A stretch of DNA of 64,000 nt from Escherichia phage AV112: the sequence record OR352942.1; one strand, given 5' to 3'. Below are positions 22,547 to 33,246 of the stretch, piece by piece (positions within the stretch are counted from its first letter, which is position 1; each line of letters begins with the position of its first letter). The position numbers and the translations under genes are program-made. The notes under the pieces are model-generated. The model saw only the letters and a list, made by a program, of their open reading frames with translations, made no database searches and was not told the origin of the DNA.

Positions 22547-23674
22547 ATGGAAAAATTTATGGCTAAGTTCGGACAAGGATACGTCCAAACGCCATTTTTA
22601 TCGGAAAGCAATTCAGTACGATTTAAATTAAGCATAGCGGGCTCTTGCCCGCTATCAACATCTCCTGCTTATATTAAGTTCCAAGATAATCCACTTGGGT
22701 CCCAGGTTTTTTCCGTTGGATTAAACGTTCGTGTAATAAATCCTACAACAGGTGCAGTAGTTGAATCTAAGTCATATAATTTCTCTACTGAAAACGACGC
22801 CACGTCAAGTGCATTTGTTACTTACATGGACACATATGCTTCTAATTTTATATTTGCTCTTGTTACTAACTCTAAAACAAACTTTCCTCCTGAAGTTCTC
22901 GCATGGTTTACCAAAGTTGGGAGTTCTGTTATTCCATTAGCTCAACAAGTTTTAAATATAGTGGACATTTCTTATTCTGCATTTTATATTTCTGGTAAGA
23001 ATGCTATAGCACTAGAACATATTAAGTATAGTAATAAGAAAACTTCAACCGACTATAGTACACCACTTGATGTTGTGTACGACACGATTGATGATATTGG
23101 TGCTACCGGCTTTCCTAGTCGTACGTACGAATCGACAGACACATTTTTATCTGCTGTTGGAGGTACTAATAATGAAATTAAAAGGATGCCTACAACGTCC
23201 CTTATTACACCTCTCGCTGGGTATAAATTGAAGGCTGGAGATTTCCTTTATATGAAATTCCAACTAATGGCTGATGCTGATTTGTTAGCACAAGGGACGA
23301 CACGACTTTCTATTCGTTTCTTTAAATCTCCTTCTACTTCACCTATTTCATTTAAGGATATAAACTTTGATGGGGGCGCAGGTGAATGGAAGATATATGA
23401 AGACTACATAGAAATTCCTGCTGGTGCCGACGGGTTCACGATTTATTGTTATCGTACAGCTCCAGTTGGGCAAGGTGGATTAAGAAATGTTATATTCACT
23501 GAAGTATCATGTAATGGAAGCGTTTCAAAACCTGCCGAGTTTGGTATAAATGGTATTCGTGTAAATTATGTTTCAGAATCTTTAAGTGCCCCAGACATAA
23601 TGACATTACCTACTCAATCTTCAACTGATACTGGTAAGGTATTTGGACAAGAATTTAAAGAAGCATCAGAATAA
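22547..23674 (+). CDS. 35: gp35 long tail fiber hinge connector
   Basis: 375 aa; synteny 34-35-36-37. Confidence 0.85.
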   Translation: MEKFMAKFGQGYVQTPFLSESNSVRFKLSIAGSCPLSTSPAYIKFQDNPLGSQVFSVGLNVRVINPTTGAVVESKSYNFSTENDATSSAFVTYMDTYASNFIFALVTNSKTNFPPEVLAWFTKVGSSVIPLAQQVLNIVDISYSAFYISGKNAIALEHIKYSNKKTSTDYSTPLDVVYDTIDDIGATGFPSRTYESTDTFLSAVGGTNNEIKRMPTTSLITPLAGYKLKAGDFLYMKFQLMADADLLAQGTTRLSIRFFKSPSTSPISFKDINFDGGAGEWKIYEDYIEIPAGADGFTIYCYRTAPVGQGGLRNVIFTEVSCNGSVSKPAEFGINGIRVNYVSESLSAPDIMTLPTQSSTDTGKVFGQEFKEASE

Positions 23675-23679
23675 ATTTA

Positions 23680-23697
23680 GGGAGACTTCGGTCTCCC
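23680..23697 (+). terminator. UUCG-tetraloop hairpin terminator after gene 35
   Basis: GGGAGAC-UUCG-GUCUCCC then AUUUUU. Confidence 0.6.
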
Positions 23698-23704
23698 ATT
23701 TTTG

Positions 23705-23712
23705 TATAAATA
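23705..23712 (+). promoter_or_regulatory. late promoter TATAAATA for gene 36
   Basis: exact TATAAATA 24 nt upstream of gene 36 ATG. Confidence 0.7.
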
Positions 23713-23736
23713 TGGTATACATATAAGGAGACAACT

Positions 23737-24402
23737 ATGGCCGATTTAAAAGCTGGTAGTACAACTGGCGGTGCCGTTATATGGCATCAAGGTAATTTCC
23801 CTTTAATGCCAGCAGGTGATGACGTCCTGTATAAAACGTTTAAACTTTATTCAGAATATAATAAACCACAAGCGGCTGATAACGATTTTGTTTCTAAAGC
23901 TAATGGTGGTACTTTTGCGTCAAAGGTAACATTTAATGCTGGTGTTCAAGTACCATATGCTATAAACAATACAAACCAAAGCGGTATTTATCCTGGCAAT
24001 GGCGACGCAGCTACTTTTGCTACAGCAAATATTGATATTGTTTCATGGTATGGTATTGGTTTTAAATCATCACAGGGTTCAGCAGCCCGAACTGTTGTAA
24101 TTAACACACGTAATGGTGATATTAGTACAAAAGGTGTTGTGTCGGCAGCTGGTCAAGTAAGAAGTGATGCGACTGCTCCTATAGCAGCGAATGACCTTAC
24201 TAGAAAAGATTATGTTGATGGACGAATAAATATTGTTACGGATAACGCAAATTCCCGTGTATTGCGTTCTGGCGATACCATGGCTGGTACTTTAACAGCA
24301 CCAAACTTTTTCTCACAGAATCCGGCATCCGAGGCTAATCATGTTCCTCGTTTCGACCAGATTGTAATTAAAGATTCTGTTCAAGATTTCGGCTATTATT
24401 AA
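23737..24402 (+). CDS. 36: gp36 long tail fiber distal connector
   Basis: 221 aa, same length as T4 gp36. Confidence 0.88.
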   Translation: MADLKAGSTTGGAVIWHQGNFPLMPAGDDVLYKTFKLYSEYNKPQAADNDFVSKANGGTFASKVTFNAGVQVPYAINNTNQSGIYPGNGDAATFATANIDIVSWYGIGFKSSQGSAARTVVINTRNGDISTKGVVSAAGQVRSDATAPIAANDLTRKDYVDGRINIVTDNANSRVLRSGDTMAGTLTAPNFFSQNPASEANHVPRFDQIVIKDSVQDFGYY

Positions 24403-24410
24403 GAGGACTT

Positions 24411-27400
24411 ATGGCTACATTAAAACAGATACAATTTAAAAGAAGCAAAGTAGCAGGAGTTAATCCTACTGCAGCACAATTAGCCGAAGGCGAATTAGCG
24501 ATAAACTTAAAAGATCGAACTCTTTTTACTAAAGATGACCTCGGTAATATTATTAGCCTAGGCTTTGCTAAGGGCGGGGATATTAACGGTAATGTAACTC
24601 AAAATGGAGATTATTTACAGAACGGTACATATAATCTCAATGGAAACCAGTTTGTTTATGCAGGAAAGTATATTGAATTCTTGCCAAAAACTGCTGGAAA
24701 TGGCGCTTGGGCTAACCAACACACAAATAAAGCCCCTATCTTTACAGATTTGAGTTCAACTACTTCAACTTCTGAATACCATCCTTTGATTAAGCAACGT
24801 TATAAAAACGGTACTTTTTCAGCAGGTACATTAGTAAGCGAAGGTAGTTTTAAAATTCACTATATCGATGAAACAGGTGATTCAAAATATTGGACTTTTA
24901 ACCGTAACGGTAGTTTTATTGTAGATAACGGCAATATTGAAGTCCGCGCCGGTAATATTTCGGCTTCAGGTAATATTAACTCTGCTTCAGGGGTTGTGTC
25001 TGCGCCACGCGTCAACACAAAAAATATTAACTTGAGTTCTAAAACCTTTATCCCGAATAATGACGCGGGTTATGACATTGTTTCTTTACCTACTTGGATT
25101 TATAATCCACCAGCAGATGGTTCAGACCGTGATACAAACGGATTGAACTACATGCGTAAAATGCGTGCATCAAACACATCCAGCATTTTCCATGAAATTG
25201 TCGATTGCCGTAAAGACAAGCCGCAAGAAATTTCTTGGTGGACTGGTGTAGGGCCGTCATCTTTCCAATGGTCGTTTGATACCACTGGACGTATTGCTGC
25301 CGGTAAATCAATTTCTGTAGGTCTTCCTGATAATGGTGTGAATGGTCGTTATCCGCTTGAGTCTGCAATTTCTATTGGTATTGCAATTGGTGATAACGAC
25401 ACCGGTATTAAATGGGTCCGCGACGGTGTTATTGATTTCATGGCTAATGGTATTTCATCCGCTACCATTTTGAATAACGGTATTAACAGTACTAAGAAAT
25501 TGATGGTCGGTTATAGCCGCGATTCTGGTACTACTTGGGATTTCCCAAATAACAACCAAGCAATGTTTACTGCTCGTACTGATATTGATGGTAATAATAA
25601 CGGCGATGGACAGACTCATATCGGTTATAGCAGCAATTCTAAAATGTATCACTATTTCCGTGGCACGGGTCGTATGGCTATTGGCATGGCCGAAGGACTT
25701 ATTGTTGAACCAGGAATTTTAGATATTAAAACTAGTTCAAATACATTAAGTTTGCGTGCTGATGGTACCGTCGCTTCTGTTCAAACATTAAAGCTTAATA
25801 ATGGATTATATTTTAATGGTGATGGAACTAATGCTTCTCTAGTTTTTAAAGCAGCTTCAGGTATTGACGGCACTAAGCAAATCATGTGGGAAGGCGGTAC
25901 TCGAGCAGGTCAGAATAAGAGTTATGTAACTGTTAAAGCATGGGGTAATTCATTTAACGCATCCGGCGATCGTACTCGTGAAACAGTTTTTGAAGTAGCT
26001 GACGGGCAGGGATATTATTTTTATTCACAGCGTGTGGCTCCAACCGGTTCAGAAACTGTGGGACCTGTTGTAACACAAATTAATGGACAACTGAATGCAA
26101 GAGGGAGCATTATCACCGATGGAAGTCTTAGAGTTAATGGATTAAGTACATTATCCGGACAAGTTACTATGGATAACGGGCTTGTTTTATCCGGCGGTGG
26201 TTCTATTACCGGTCAAGTTAAAATCGGTAATACCGCAGATGCTTTCCGTATTTACAATGCTGAATATGGAGCTATTTTCCGTCGTTCTGAAGCATCTTTG
26301 TATATTATACCTACTCCTAAAGATGCCGGAGAATCAGGAGGTATAAGTAATCTTAGACCATTGACAATAGAACTGAACACTGGTACAGTTAAAATGTCAC
26401 ATGATGTTCATTTGGGAGATTCTGGATCCGGCACAGGATTATTACAAGTAAGTAATAGTCTTAAAACTATTAAAATGATATGTCCAGTAACTATTAATGA
26501 ACGTAATGCAGCGCTTACTCTAGATTCTCCTTCATCTTCTTCTGCTAATTATTTGCAGGGTTCTAAAGCTGGAACTAGATCTTGGTATGTTGGTCTTGGT
26601 GGTTCTGGAAATGATTTATCACTTTATAGCCAATCGTATGGACATGGTCTTGTTATAAGTGATAATTTCGTGTCAATCACTAAACCCTTTAAAGTCGGAA
26701 ATGCCCAACTAGGAACTGATGGTAATATCACCGGTGGTTCTGGTAATTTTGCTAACTTGAATACCACAATAAATAACCTTAAGACGGATATTGTCTCAAG
26801 TTATCCAATTGGTGCTCCAATTCCATGGCCAACGGATACTCCTCCTAATGGTTACGCTATTATGGAAGGTCAGACTTTTGATAAGTCTGCATATCCAAAG
26901 TTAGCTGTTGCATATCCTAGTGGTGTTATTCCAGATATGCGTGGGCAAACTATCAAGGGTAAACCAAGTGGTCGTGCTGTTTTGAGCGCAGAAGCAGACG
27001 GTGTTAAGTCACATAGCCATAGTGCAAGTGCATCAAGCACAGATTTAGGTACTAAGACCACTTCTAGTTTTGATTACGGTAGCAAAACGACTTCAAGCTT
27101 TGATTATGGTACTAAGACAAGTAGTACCACTGGCAACCATAACCATACAGTGAGTGGTAATACTAGTTCCGCTGGTGCTCACCAACACGCGCGTTCAGGC
27201 CCTCAGATACAAGGCGGCGTACCCGCTAGCATATTCTATGATGGATACAATAGTGCCGGTCCAAACGGCAACGCTAAAATCACTGGAAGCGTGAGCGGTG
27301 CTACTGCATCGTCGAATATGGCCAAAACTTCTTCAGACGGTGCCCACACCCATAGTTGGTCTGGTACTACTAGCGCCACAGGTAACCATGCGCATACGGT

Positions 27401-27557
27401 AGGTATTGGCGCTCATACCCATTCGGTAGGTATTGGTGCTCATACGCATACTGTTGCAATTGGTTCCCATGGACATACAATAACTGTAAATGCCACAGGA
27501 AATACAGAAAACACAGTTAAAAACGTTGCTTTTAACTATATCGTTCGTTTAGCATAA
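24411..27557 (+). CDS. 37: gp37 long tail fiber distal subunit (receptor-binding tip)
   Basis: 1048 aa; C-terminal His-x-His array ([35 protein letters not shown]) typical of T4-type gp37 needle. Confidence 0.92.
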   Translation: MATLKQIQFKRSKVAGVNPTAAQLAEGELAINLKDRTLFTKDDLGNIISLGFAKGGDINGNVTQNGDYLQNGTYNLNGNQFVYAGKYIEFLPKTAGNGAWANQHTNKAPIFTDLSSTTSTSEYHPLIKQRYKNGTFSAGTLVSEGSFKIHYIDETGDSKYWTFNRNGSFIVDNGNIEVRAGNISASGNINSASGVVSAPRVNTKNINLSSKTFIPNNDAGYDIVSLPTWIYNPPADGSDRDTNGLNYMRKMRASNTSSIFHEIVDCRKDKPQEISWWTGVGPSSFQWSFDTTGRIAAGKSISVGLPDNGVNGRYPLESAISIGIAIGDNDTGIKWVRDGVIDFMANGISSATILNNGINSTKKLMVGYSRDSGTTWDFPNNNQAMFTARTDIDGNNNGDGQTHIGYSSNSKMYHYFRGTGRMAIGMAEGLIVEPGILDIKTSSNTLSLRADGTVASVQTLKLNNGLYFNGDGTNASLVFKAASGIDGTKQIMWEGGTRAGQNKSYVTVKAWGNSFNASGDRTRETVFEVADGQGYYFYSQRVAPTGSETVGPVVTQINGQLNARGSIITDGSLRVNGLSTLSGQVTMDNGLVLSGGGSITGQVKIGNTADAFRIYNAEYGAIFRRSEASLYIIPTPKDAGESGGISNLRPLTIELNTGTVKMSHDVHLGDSGSGTGLLQVSNSLKTIKMICPVTINERNAALTLDSPSSSSANYLQGSKAGTRSWYVGLGGSGNDLSLYSQSYGHGLVISDNFVSITKPFKVGNAQLGTDGNITGGSGNFANLNTTINNLKTDIVSSYPIGAPIPWPTDTPPNGYAIMEGQTFDKSAYPKLAVAYPSGVIPDMRGQTIKGKPSGRAVLSAEADGVKSHSHSASASSTDLGTKTTSSFDYGSKTTSSFDYGTKTSSTTGNHNHTVSGNTSSAGAHQHARSGPQIQGGVPASIFYDGYNSAGPNGNAKITGSVSGATASSNMAKTSSDGAHTHSWSGTTSATGNHAHTVGIGAHTHSVGIGAHTHTVAIGSHGHTITVNATGNTENTVKNVAFNYIVRLA

Positions 27558-27587
27558 GGAGAAGGGACTTCTGTCCCTTTTTATAAT
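27556..27587 (+). promoter_or_regulatory. split ribosome-binding site of gene 38 (SD, hairpin, AUG)
   Basis: AAGGAG at 27556..27561, hairpin AGGGAC-UUCU-GUCCCU at 27563..27578, ATG at 27588. Confidence 0.5.
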
Positions 27588-28139
27588 ATGAAACTCTATC
27601 ACTATTATTTTGACACTAAAGAATTTTACAAAGAAGAAAATTACAAACCATTAAAAGGCGTAGGATTTCCGGCTCATTCGACACCAAAAAAACCTTTAGA
27701 CCCTAAAGAAGGCTATGCTATTATATTTGACGAACGCGAGCAAGAATGGGTATATGTTGAAGACCATCGTGGAAAAACGGTATGGACTTATGATAAGCAA
27801 AAAATTGTTATTGACACTCCAGGTGCTCTTCAAAATGTTACTACAGAAGAACCCGGCGAATTTGACATTTGGACCGACGACGGGTGGAAGGAAGATGAAG
27901 CATATAAACGCGTAGTTCAACGTGATAAGAAAATTCATGAACTCTATAAATTATTCAGTGTTTTAAGTTCTCTTATTGACGCAGAGGTTGCTAATAGAGA
28001 AGAAAAACGAAAATTTAAAGAGCTCAAAAAATTCTTTGCCCTTTTAGAAAAACATGAACATCTTGGCGGCGAATTCCCTAAATTCCCTGACCTTGAAAAC
28101 AAATCTATTATCAAAGCGATTATAAATATCTTTAAGTAA
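27588..28139 (+). CDS. 38: gp38 tail fiber assembly chaperone (T4 type)
   Basis: 183 aa, near-colinear with T4 gp38 (MKLYHYYFDTKEFYKEENYKP). Confidence 0.9.
   Translation: MKLYHYYFDTKEFYKEENYKPLKGVGFPAHSTPKKPLDPKEGYAIIFDEREQEWVYVEDHRGKTVWTYDKQKIVIDTPGALQNVTTEEPGEFDIWTDDGWKEDEAYKRVVQRDKKIHELYKLFSVLSSLIDAEVANREEKRKFKELKKFFALLEKHEHLGGEFPKFPDLENKSIIKAIINIFK
28121..28128 (+). promoter_or_regulatory. late promoter TATAAATA for holin t
   Basis: exact TATAAATA 21 nt upstream of t ATG, inside 3' end of gene 38. Confidence 0.6.
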
Positions 28140-28148
28140 GGAGGTATT

Positions 28149-28808
28149 ATGGCAACACCAAAAGTATCATTTTCGCCTAGTGATATTCTATTTGGGTTGC
28201 TAGATCGTATTTTCAAAGATAACGCTACTGGAAAGGTTTTAATGTCTCGAGTAGCGGTAATTATTCTTTTGTTCCTAATGGCACTAATATGGTACAAAGG
28301 AAGTATTTTGCTGGATTATTACGTAAGAGCTAAGTATGATACTTATACTGAAATAATCCAAAAAGAACGAGCTTTACGTTTTGAATCTGCGGCTCTAGAA
28401 CAACTGCAAATAGTTCATATCTCATCTGGTGCAGATTTTAGTGCTGTGTATTCTTTCAGACCTAAAAACTTAAATTATTTTGTCGACCTTATAGCTTATG
28501 AAGGCAAACTACCTAGCACAATTTCTGAAAAGTCCCTTGGCGGATTCCCGGTGGATAAAACGGCCAATGAATATATAATTCATTTAAGTGGCCGTCATTT
28601 CTCATCTAAATCAGAATTTGCATTTTTGCCTACAAAATCTAAGACTGCCGAACTTTCTTATATGTATAGTTGTCCATACTTTAATTTGGATAACATCTAT
28701 GCCGGAACTGTGACGATGTATTGGTATAAGGGGAGTAATATACTTGAGGAAGACCGCTTAGCGGCTATATGCAACCAAGCGGTCCGAATACTAGGAAGGG
28801 CTAAATAA
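28149..28808 (+). CDS. t: holin T
   Basis: 219 aa, single N-terminal TM, near-colinear with T4 T. Confidence 0.9.
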   Translation: MATPKVSFSPSDILFGLLDRIFKDNATGKVLMSRVAVIILLFLMALIWYKGSILLDYYVRAKYDTYTEIIQKERALRFESAALEQLQIVHISSGADFSAVYSFRPKNLNYFVDLIAYEGKLPSTISEKSLGGFPVDKTANEYIIHLSGRHFSSKSEFAFLPTKSKTAELSYMYSCPYFNLDNIYAGTVTMYWYKGSNILEEDRLAAICNQAVRILGRAK

Positions 28809-29081
28809 TTAGTTGTTAGAATACATCGCTAAATGACGATAAATATTTTCAAAACCTTCATTGAATTCACTAATAAGTGTTTTCTTTTCTTCGGCAGTTA
28901 AATTTGTAATTAGTTTTCTGAACGAATTCTGATTTAGCTGCCGACCATCTTTTTTAATTCCAATCTCATTCAAGAATCCGATGAAACTTGCTCGGTCTTC
29001 AACAATATCTTCCCTAGAGAATTTAATCAAAATAGAAGCAATAGTAATAATTTCACGTACGATTTCAATGTCTTTATTCAT
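28809..29081 (-). CDS. asiA: anti-sigma-70 factor AsiA
   Basis: 90 aa, near-colinear with T4 AsiA. Confidence 0.9.
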   Translation of the reverse strand: MNKDIEIVREIITIASILIKFSREDIVEDRASFIGFLNEIGIKKDGRQLNQNSFRKLITNLTAEEKKTLISEFNEGFENIYRHLAMYSNN

Positions 29082-29127
29082 AACGTTTTATTCATTCCAC
29101 TTAGTTGATATGGATATAGTACCAATA

Positions 29128-29343
29128 TCAGTGTTGATTGTAAACGGCTTTTTCTACGCTTTTAACGTAATTGGTATAGTCTTCTTGTTCGTACGAGTGT
29201 AAGGCCAAGAACGGAACTAATAGTTCATTATAGACTAAAGCCTCACGCTCACGTTCGGCCTCTACTACGTTCTGAAGATTATGACTCATATCGTTCCTTA
29301 TAACTATCAATGTAGTCCTGTATGTCGAAGAATGACATTTCAT
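29128..29343 (-). CDS. hypothetical protein (71 aa)
   Basis: small ORF; overlaps next ORF, true start uncertain. Confidence 0.35.
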   Translation of the reverse strand: MKCHSSTYRTTLIVIRNDMSHNLQNVVEAEREREALVYNELLVPFLALHSYEQEDYTNYVKSVEKAVYNQH

Positions 29344-29578
29344 ATTCTAGGGCATTAAGAGCCCGTTCTTCAGTATAGTCAGAACCAAAGACGATAGTGA
29401 TTTCACCAGGCTTCATGTGATTGAAATCAACACTAAAAGGAATACGAGAACATACTTCGTCTGCCATATCTGCAACAACACTACGATATACTTCTCGGTT
29501 AACCTGATAAAGCTCTGCAAGTTCTTCACAACGAATAACAAGTTCAGTGGCAGGATTTTCTTTGATTTTAGTAAGCAT
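29279..29578 (-). CDS. acidic small protein (99 aa), possible Arn-like
   Basis: strongly Asp/Glu-rich; position between asiA and motA. Confidence 0.35.
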   Translation of the reverse strand: MLTKIKENPATELVIRCEELAELYQVNREVYRSVVADMADEVCSRIPFSVDFNHMKPGEITIVFGSDYTEERALNALEYEMSFFDIQDYIDSYKERYES

Positions 29579-29652
29579 AGTCTTTACCCTTATGTTTTTG
29601 TTTGCGTTTAGATTGAAGTTCTGATTTCTTCTTGTCCTTATGAACAGAAGCC

Positions 29653-29877
29653 TTATTGAAATCGTGTTTTGCTACAAGATTGTTCATAATGATTTATAAC
29701 CTCGTTTAAACATTTATCGGTAAAAGAAAACTTTTTAGCCACAGAACATTCGATAATGTGCTCTTTCAAATCTTTAGAGTCAGTATATCCCATCTCAGTA
29801 ATAAAGTGGCGAATTAAAGCTTTATTCTTATCATTAACAGAATTAAAATAATCTGCTTTAGAATCAATTATTCTCAT
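29653..29877 (-). CDS. hypothetical protein (74 aa)
   Basis: small ORF. Confidence 0.45.
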   Translation of the reverse strand: MRIIDSKADYFNSVNDKNKALIRHFITEMGYTDSKDLKEHIIECSVAKKFSFTDKCLNEVINHYEQSCSKTRFQ

Positions 29878-30145
29878 CGTCTAATTTCCTTAATTGATAT
29901 TGCAACGAGCTAATAATTTCTTCGTTCATTTTAATATACATGTCACGCAAGAAAGATTTTAACCCGTCACGAATAATTGCTAACGTATCACCTTTACATA
30001 AATTAACCAAATAAGGATGATCTAAAGCGTCCCAACCAGGCTGATTAGCATACATACCATAGTTTTCTTCCATCATATGATTAAGACGTTTGATATCTTG
30101 GATACGTGATTCAATAGCATCTTTCTGGAGCTGTTTAATATTCAT
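29864..30145 (-). CDS. hypothetical protein (93 aa)
   Basis: small ORF. Confidence 0.45.
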   Translation of the reverse strand: MNIKQLQKDAIESRIQDIKRLNHMMEENYGMYANQPGWDALDHPYLVNLCKGDTLAIIRDGLKSFLRDMYIKMNEEIISSLQYQLRKLDDENN

Positions 30146-30606
30146 TAATAAAGGTCCTCTGAATAAAGTTCTTTCTCACTTCCGCCACGTTCAATACGTA
30201 CCTGTCCAGCATATGTTGCAATAATCATTGCTTCTTCACGAGTCCAGTAATTAGAGTATTGGTCGATAAAGCCTTGGTCGTCACCACAAACTTGTTGCGA
30301 GACTAATTGAGGACCAACTATATCAAGTACTTCAGCCATATCTTTAGAGTAATGACGAACTCCAGGAATAACCAGAGTTCCACCACTCTTCAATTTAAAC
30401 CTATTAGCTGCACATACTATAACACGTTGAACTTTTTGGTCATTATTCCAATAGCACGTTTGCCAACAGATTTCAGGAACTTCATTCATTATATCATCGG
30501 CAGAATAATTATAACCGTAGGACTGGAATTTTTCTGCTAGACTTTCAGGAGTCTCACGAGACAAGGCCAAATCTAATAGCTCTAAACGTTCTTTAAATGA
30601 TTTCAT
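30145..30606 (-). CDS. hypothetical protein (153 aa)
   Basis: ORF, stop/start coupled to neighbours. Confidence 0.5.
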   Translation of the reverse strand: MKSFKERLELLDLALSRETPESLAEKFQSYGYNYSADDIMNEVPEICWQTCYWNNDQKVQRVIVCAANRFKLKSGGTLVIPGVRHYSKDMAEVLDIVGPQLVSQQVCGDDQGFIDQYSNYWTREEAMIIATYAGQVRIERGGSEKELYSEDLY

Positions 30607-30947
30607 TTAAACCATTCCTTAATACGTTGCCAAATAGATTTTTGTGCTTGTTTATTTACACCAATCGAACGAATAACAGGTTGTGACTGCTGATATTCTT
30701 TATAATCTTCTTTATAGATTTCGTAAGCTGCATCAACAAATGAACTGATCGCTGCCATAAAGTTTTTACGTATACCGCCAGGAGCTACTCCATTAGGGAA
30801 TTCAGAATTTTCGCGAATAATTAAATATAACCCAGCTTTAACTTTAACTATAGTTCCAAGATAAGCCCCATGGTACCAAATATCCCATCCTTCCTGAGTA
30901 GGTTCTGCACATTTACGAAGTTCGTTAATAATATTCAGCTTATTCAT
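30603..30947 (-). CDS. hypothetical protein (114 aa)
   Basis: ORF directly downstream of motA. Confidence 0.5.
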   Translation of the reverse strand: MNKLNIINELRKCAEPTQEGWDIWYHGAYLGTIVKVKAGLYLIIRENSEFPNGVAPGGIRKNFMAAISSFVDAAYEIYKEDYKEYQQSQPVIRSIGVNKQAQKSIWQRIKEWFK

Positions 30948-30957
30948 TATGTATTCC

Positions 30958-31590
30958 TCACAGTACGTTAGTTACAAGGGTAATGATTTCTTTGGACACA
31001 TTAGGGAAGTCAATGTAAGTATATTTACCACCGATCTTAATCTTAACATCATTTTCAAGAGAAGTAAACAGCTTTGATTCAGTTTCTGACATGTTGTACG
31101 CAAATATTCTAAGACAACCATCTCGACGAATTTCGATCTGACGAATACCTAGAACTCGTTTTGCAAATCGAACTTCCAAGTTACTACGGTTTTCACCGAT
31201 TTCTTTAACTTCAACTTTATCTTTAATATTTTCAAAAACAAAGTTTGCTAATTCATGCATTTCAGGAGTAACTCCACGTGCTTTTCTAGTGTTACGTTTC
31301 TGAAGAAGTTCTGGAGCATTTTCTTGGGCAAAGAGGTCTGCAGCTTTTTGGATAATATCCATTGCTTCGCCTGTTGCTATAAGTCCATCACCAGATTTTT
31401 CGACTAAACCTTTCTTAATCAATACACCAATGTTAGAGTTAACAACCGATGCATTGTATTCCGCTTCCAGAGCTTCACGGACATTGGCAGCAGTGGTGAA
31501 GTTGTTCTTAATGATATAAACCATTATTGCAGCAGTTTTTTCATTCAGAGCGTTTTCGGAAGCTTTGATGATGTAAGCAACTTTAGACAT
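30958..31590 (-). CDS. motA: middle-transcription activator MotA
   Basis: 210 aa, near-colinear with T4 MotA. Confidence 0.9.
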   Translation of the reverse strand: MSKVAYIIKASENALNEKTAAIMVYIIKNNFTTAANVREALEAEYNASVVNSNIGVLIKKGLVEKSGDGLIATGEAMDIIQKAADLFAQENAPELLQKRNTRKARGVTPEMHELANFVFENIKDKVEVKEIGENRSNLEVRFAKRVLGIRQIEIRRDGCLRIFAYNMSETESKLFTSLENDVKIKIGGKYTYIDFPNVSKEIITLVTNVL

Positions 31591-31629
31591 TTTATTTCTC
31601 CAATTTGGTTGTTTTGTTTTGATAGGTCT

Positions 31630-31658
31630 ATAATATCATGTTTGAAGCAAAAGTAAAC
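31630..31658 (-). promoter_or_regulatory. T4-type early promoter for motA
   Basis: minus-strand GTTTAC, 17 nt, TATTAT. Confidence 0.5.
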
Positions 31659-31683
31659 TGTTTTGTGAGAAAAATGCACAAAA

Positions 31684-31699
31684 GGGAGCCGAAGCTCCC
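31684..31699 (-). terminator. UUCG-tetraloop hairpin terminator after gene 52
   Basis: GGGAGC-UUCG-GCUCCC then U-tract on minus RNA. Confidence 0.55.
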
Positions 31700-31775
31700 T
31701 AATCATGTTTGTCCAACCAATACAGCCAAATCACTAGTGCAGCTATTGCACCGAGAAATCCTAAGGCTAGGGCAC

Positions 31776-33101
31776 TCAAAGTGCCTCCAAGTCTTTAGTG
31801 TACTCTGTCACAACATCAGTAGACTTCCAATACTCATTTTCTTCTTTCTTAGCTTTAGCTTCTTCTGCCAGTTTACGCGCTTCGTCGGAAGTGATATGGA
31901 AGATGTTAAGACCTACAAGTTTATCGACATGTTCTTTATACATTTCGATTTGTGCCAGCTCTTCAGTCAAAGCTTTACGAGTCTTGCCCTGAATCACAAT
32001 TTCACCTGTAATAACTTTTTTGATGAAGTGTGCCCTAGCAAAAGCCAGTTTAAATGCTTTTTCAGATTCAAGGATTTTGTTGTCAATACGTTTCTGAACG
32101 TAAGTCTTACGGACTTCAACAAAATCTTTGATTAAGTCCACTACGTTATCGTAGACAGCTAATTTACCCTTTTCATTAATCACTGTGATGTTTTGTGAAC
32201 GACGTTCGATGAGACTAAAATCTTTCATGATTTTTTCATGACGTAGCTCTTCATCATCAGGAAGCGAGTACTCTTTACGGAACTTCACCTTAAACCCAAA
32301 GCCGTGTTCACCGCAATCATCTTCCCATGAGATTAGACCTTTGTCTTCCAACGGGTCAAGAACCTTACTCACATACGTTTCACGGTCGAATTTATATGGG
32401 ATTTCAGTTATCTGCATTTGAGTGCGAGATGTGAACTTATATGTTCCGTGAATCTCATAACGCCCATCAACTTCATGTACTTCACCACGGAATTCCGGAA
32501 ATTCAACTTTTGGCTTAGTGACATTTTTACCTTGAAGAGCTTGTAATACAGCCTTTTTGACTGATTTAAAACTATGAGGCAGAATATTTGTTGCGTAACC
32601 GGTTGCAATACCAGAGACGCCATTCAAAAGAACTGTCGGAATAATAGGAAGATAGAATTTTGGTGGAATGTGTTCTTTATCTTCATGAGCCGGAGCATAT
32701 TCAGTATCTTTATATACGTTATAGAAATTTTTACTTACACGAGCAAAAATATAACGAGATGCTGCAGCTTTTTGGACTGTTCGAGAACCAAAGTTGCCTT
32801 GGCCATCTAACAGTGGATAGTTGTTGTTCCATGTGTTAGCCATCAATGCACCTGCATCTTGTGCAGAAGATTCACCATGGTGATAACCTAAATCTGCAAC
32901 ACCGCCTGCAATTGACGCAAGTTTATGAAATTTTTCTTTATTACCACGAGCCAAATCTAACGCACGATGAACCACAAAACGTTGAACCGGCTTAAATCCA
33001 TCAATCATGTTTGGGATTGCACGGTTTTCAACGGTGTACATCGCATATGCTAAGGCTTCGTTATCAATAATACTTTTTAGATTACGAGAATTCAATTGCA
33101 T
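31776..33101 (-). CDS. 52: gp52 DNA topoisomerase II medium subunit (GyrA-like)
   Basis: 441 aa; GyrA/ParC N-terminal breakage-reunion domain; synteny motA-52. Confidence 0.9.
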   Translation of the reverse strand: MQLNSRNLKSIIDNEALAYAMYTVENRAIPNMIDGFKPVQRFVVHRALDLARGNKEKFHKLASIAGGVADLGYHHGESSAQDAGALMANTWNNNYPLLDGQGNFGSRTVQKAAASRYIFARVSKNFYNVYKDTEYAPAHEDKEHIPPKFYLPIIPTVLLNGVSGIATGYATNILPHSFKSVKKAVLQALQGKNVTKPKVEFPEFRGEVHEVDGRYEIHGTYKFTSRTQMQITEIPYKFDRETYVSKVLDPLEDKGLISWEDDCGEHGFGFKVKFRKEYSLPDDEELRHEKIMKDFSLIERRSQNITVINEKGKLAVYDNVVDLIKDFVEVRKTYVQKRIDNKILESEKAFKLAFARAHFIKKVITGEIVIQGKTRKALTEELAQIEMYKEHVDKLVGLNIFHITSDEARKLAEEAKAKKEENEYWKSTDVVTEYTKDLEAL

Positions 33102-33108
33102 ATTTTCA

Positions 33109-33246
33109 CCATATTAATGAACGAATAACCATTATAACATCTGAAATGAAAAGCACTACTTGGATTAGCCCAAACATCACACCGTAGTACAGAACCGTAA
33201 GCAACAACAAGAGCCCGAAGGCTCCTGCTAAGATTTTCTTAATCAT
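33109..33246 (-). CDS. small hydrophobic membrane protein (45 aa), ac-like; not in ORF track
   Basis: my translation MIKKILAGAFGLLLLLTVLYYGVMFGLIQVVLFISDVIMVIRSLIW; position of T4 ac. Confidence 0.4.

Noticed and set aside
27563-27578. Hairpin after gene 37 as a simple rho-independent terminator
   Set aside because: It lies between the only plausible SD and the gene 38 start codon, so a translational role fits better, though partial termination is not excluded.
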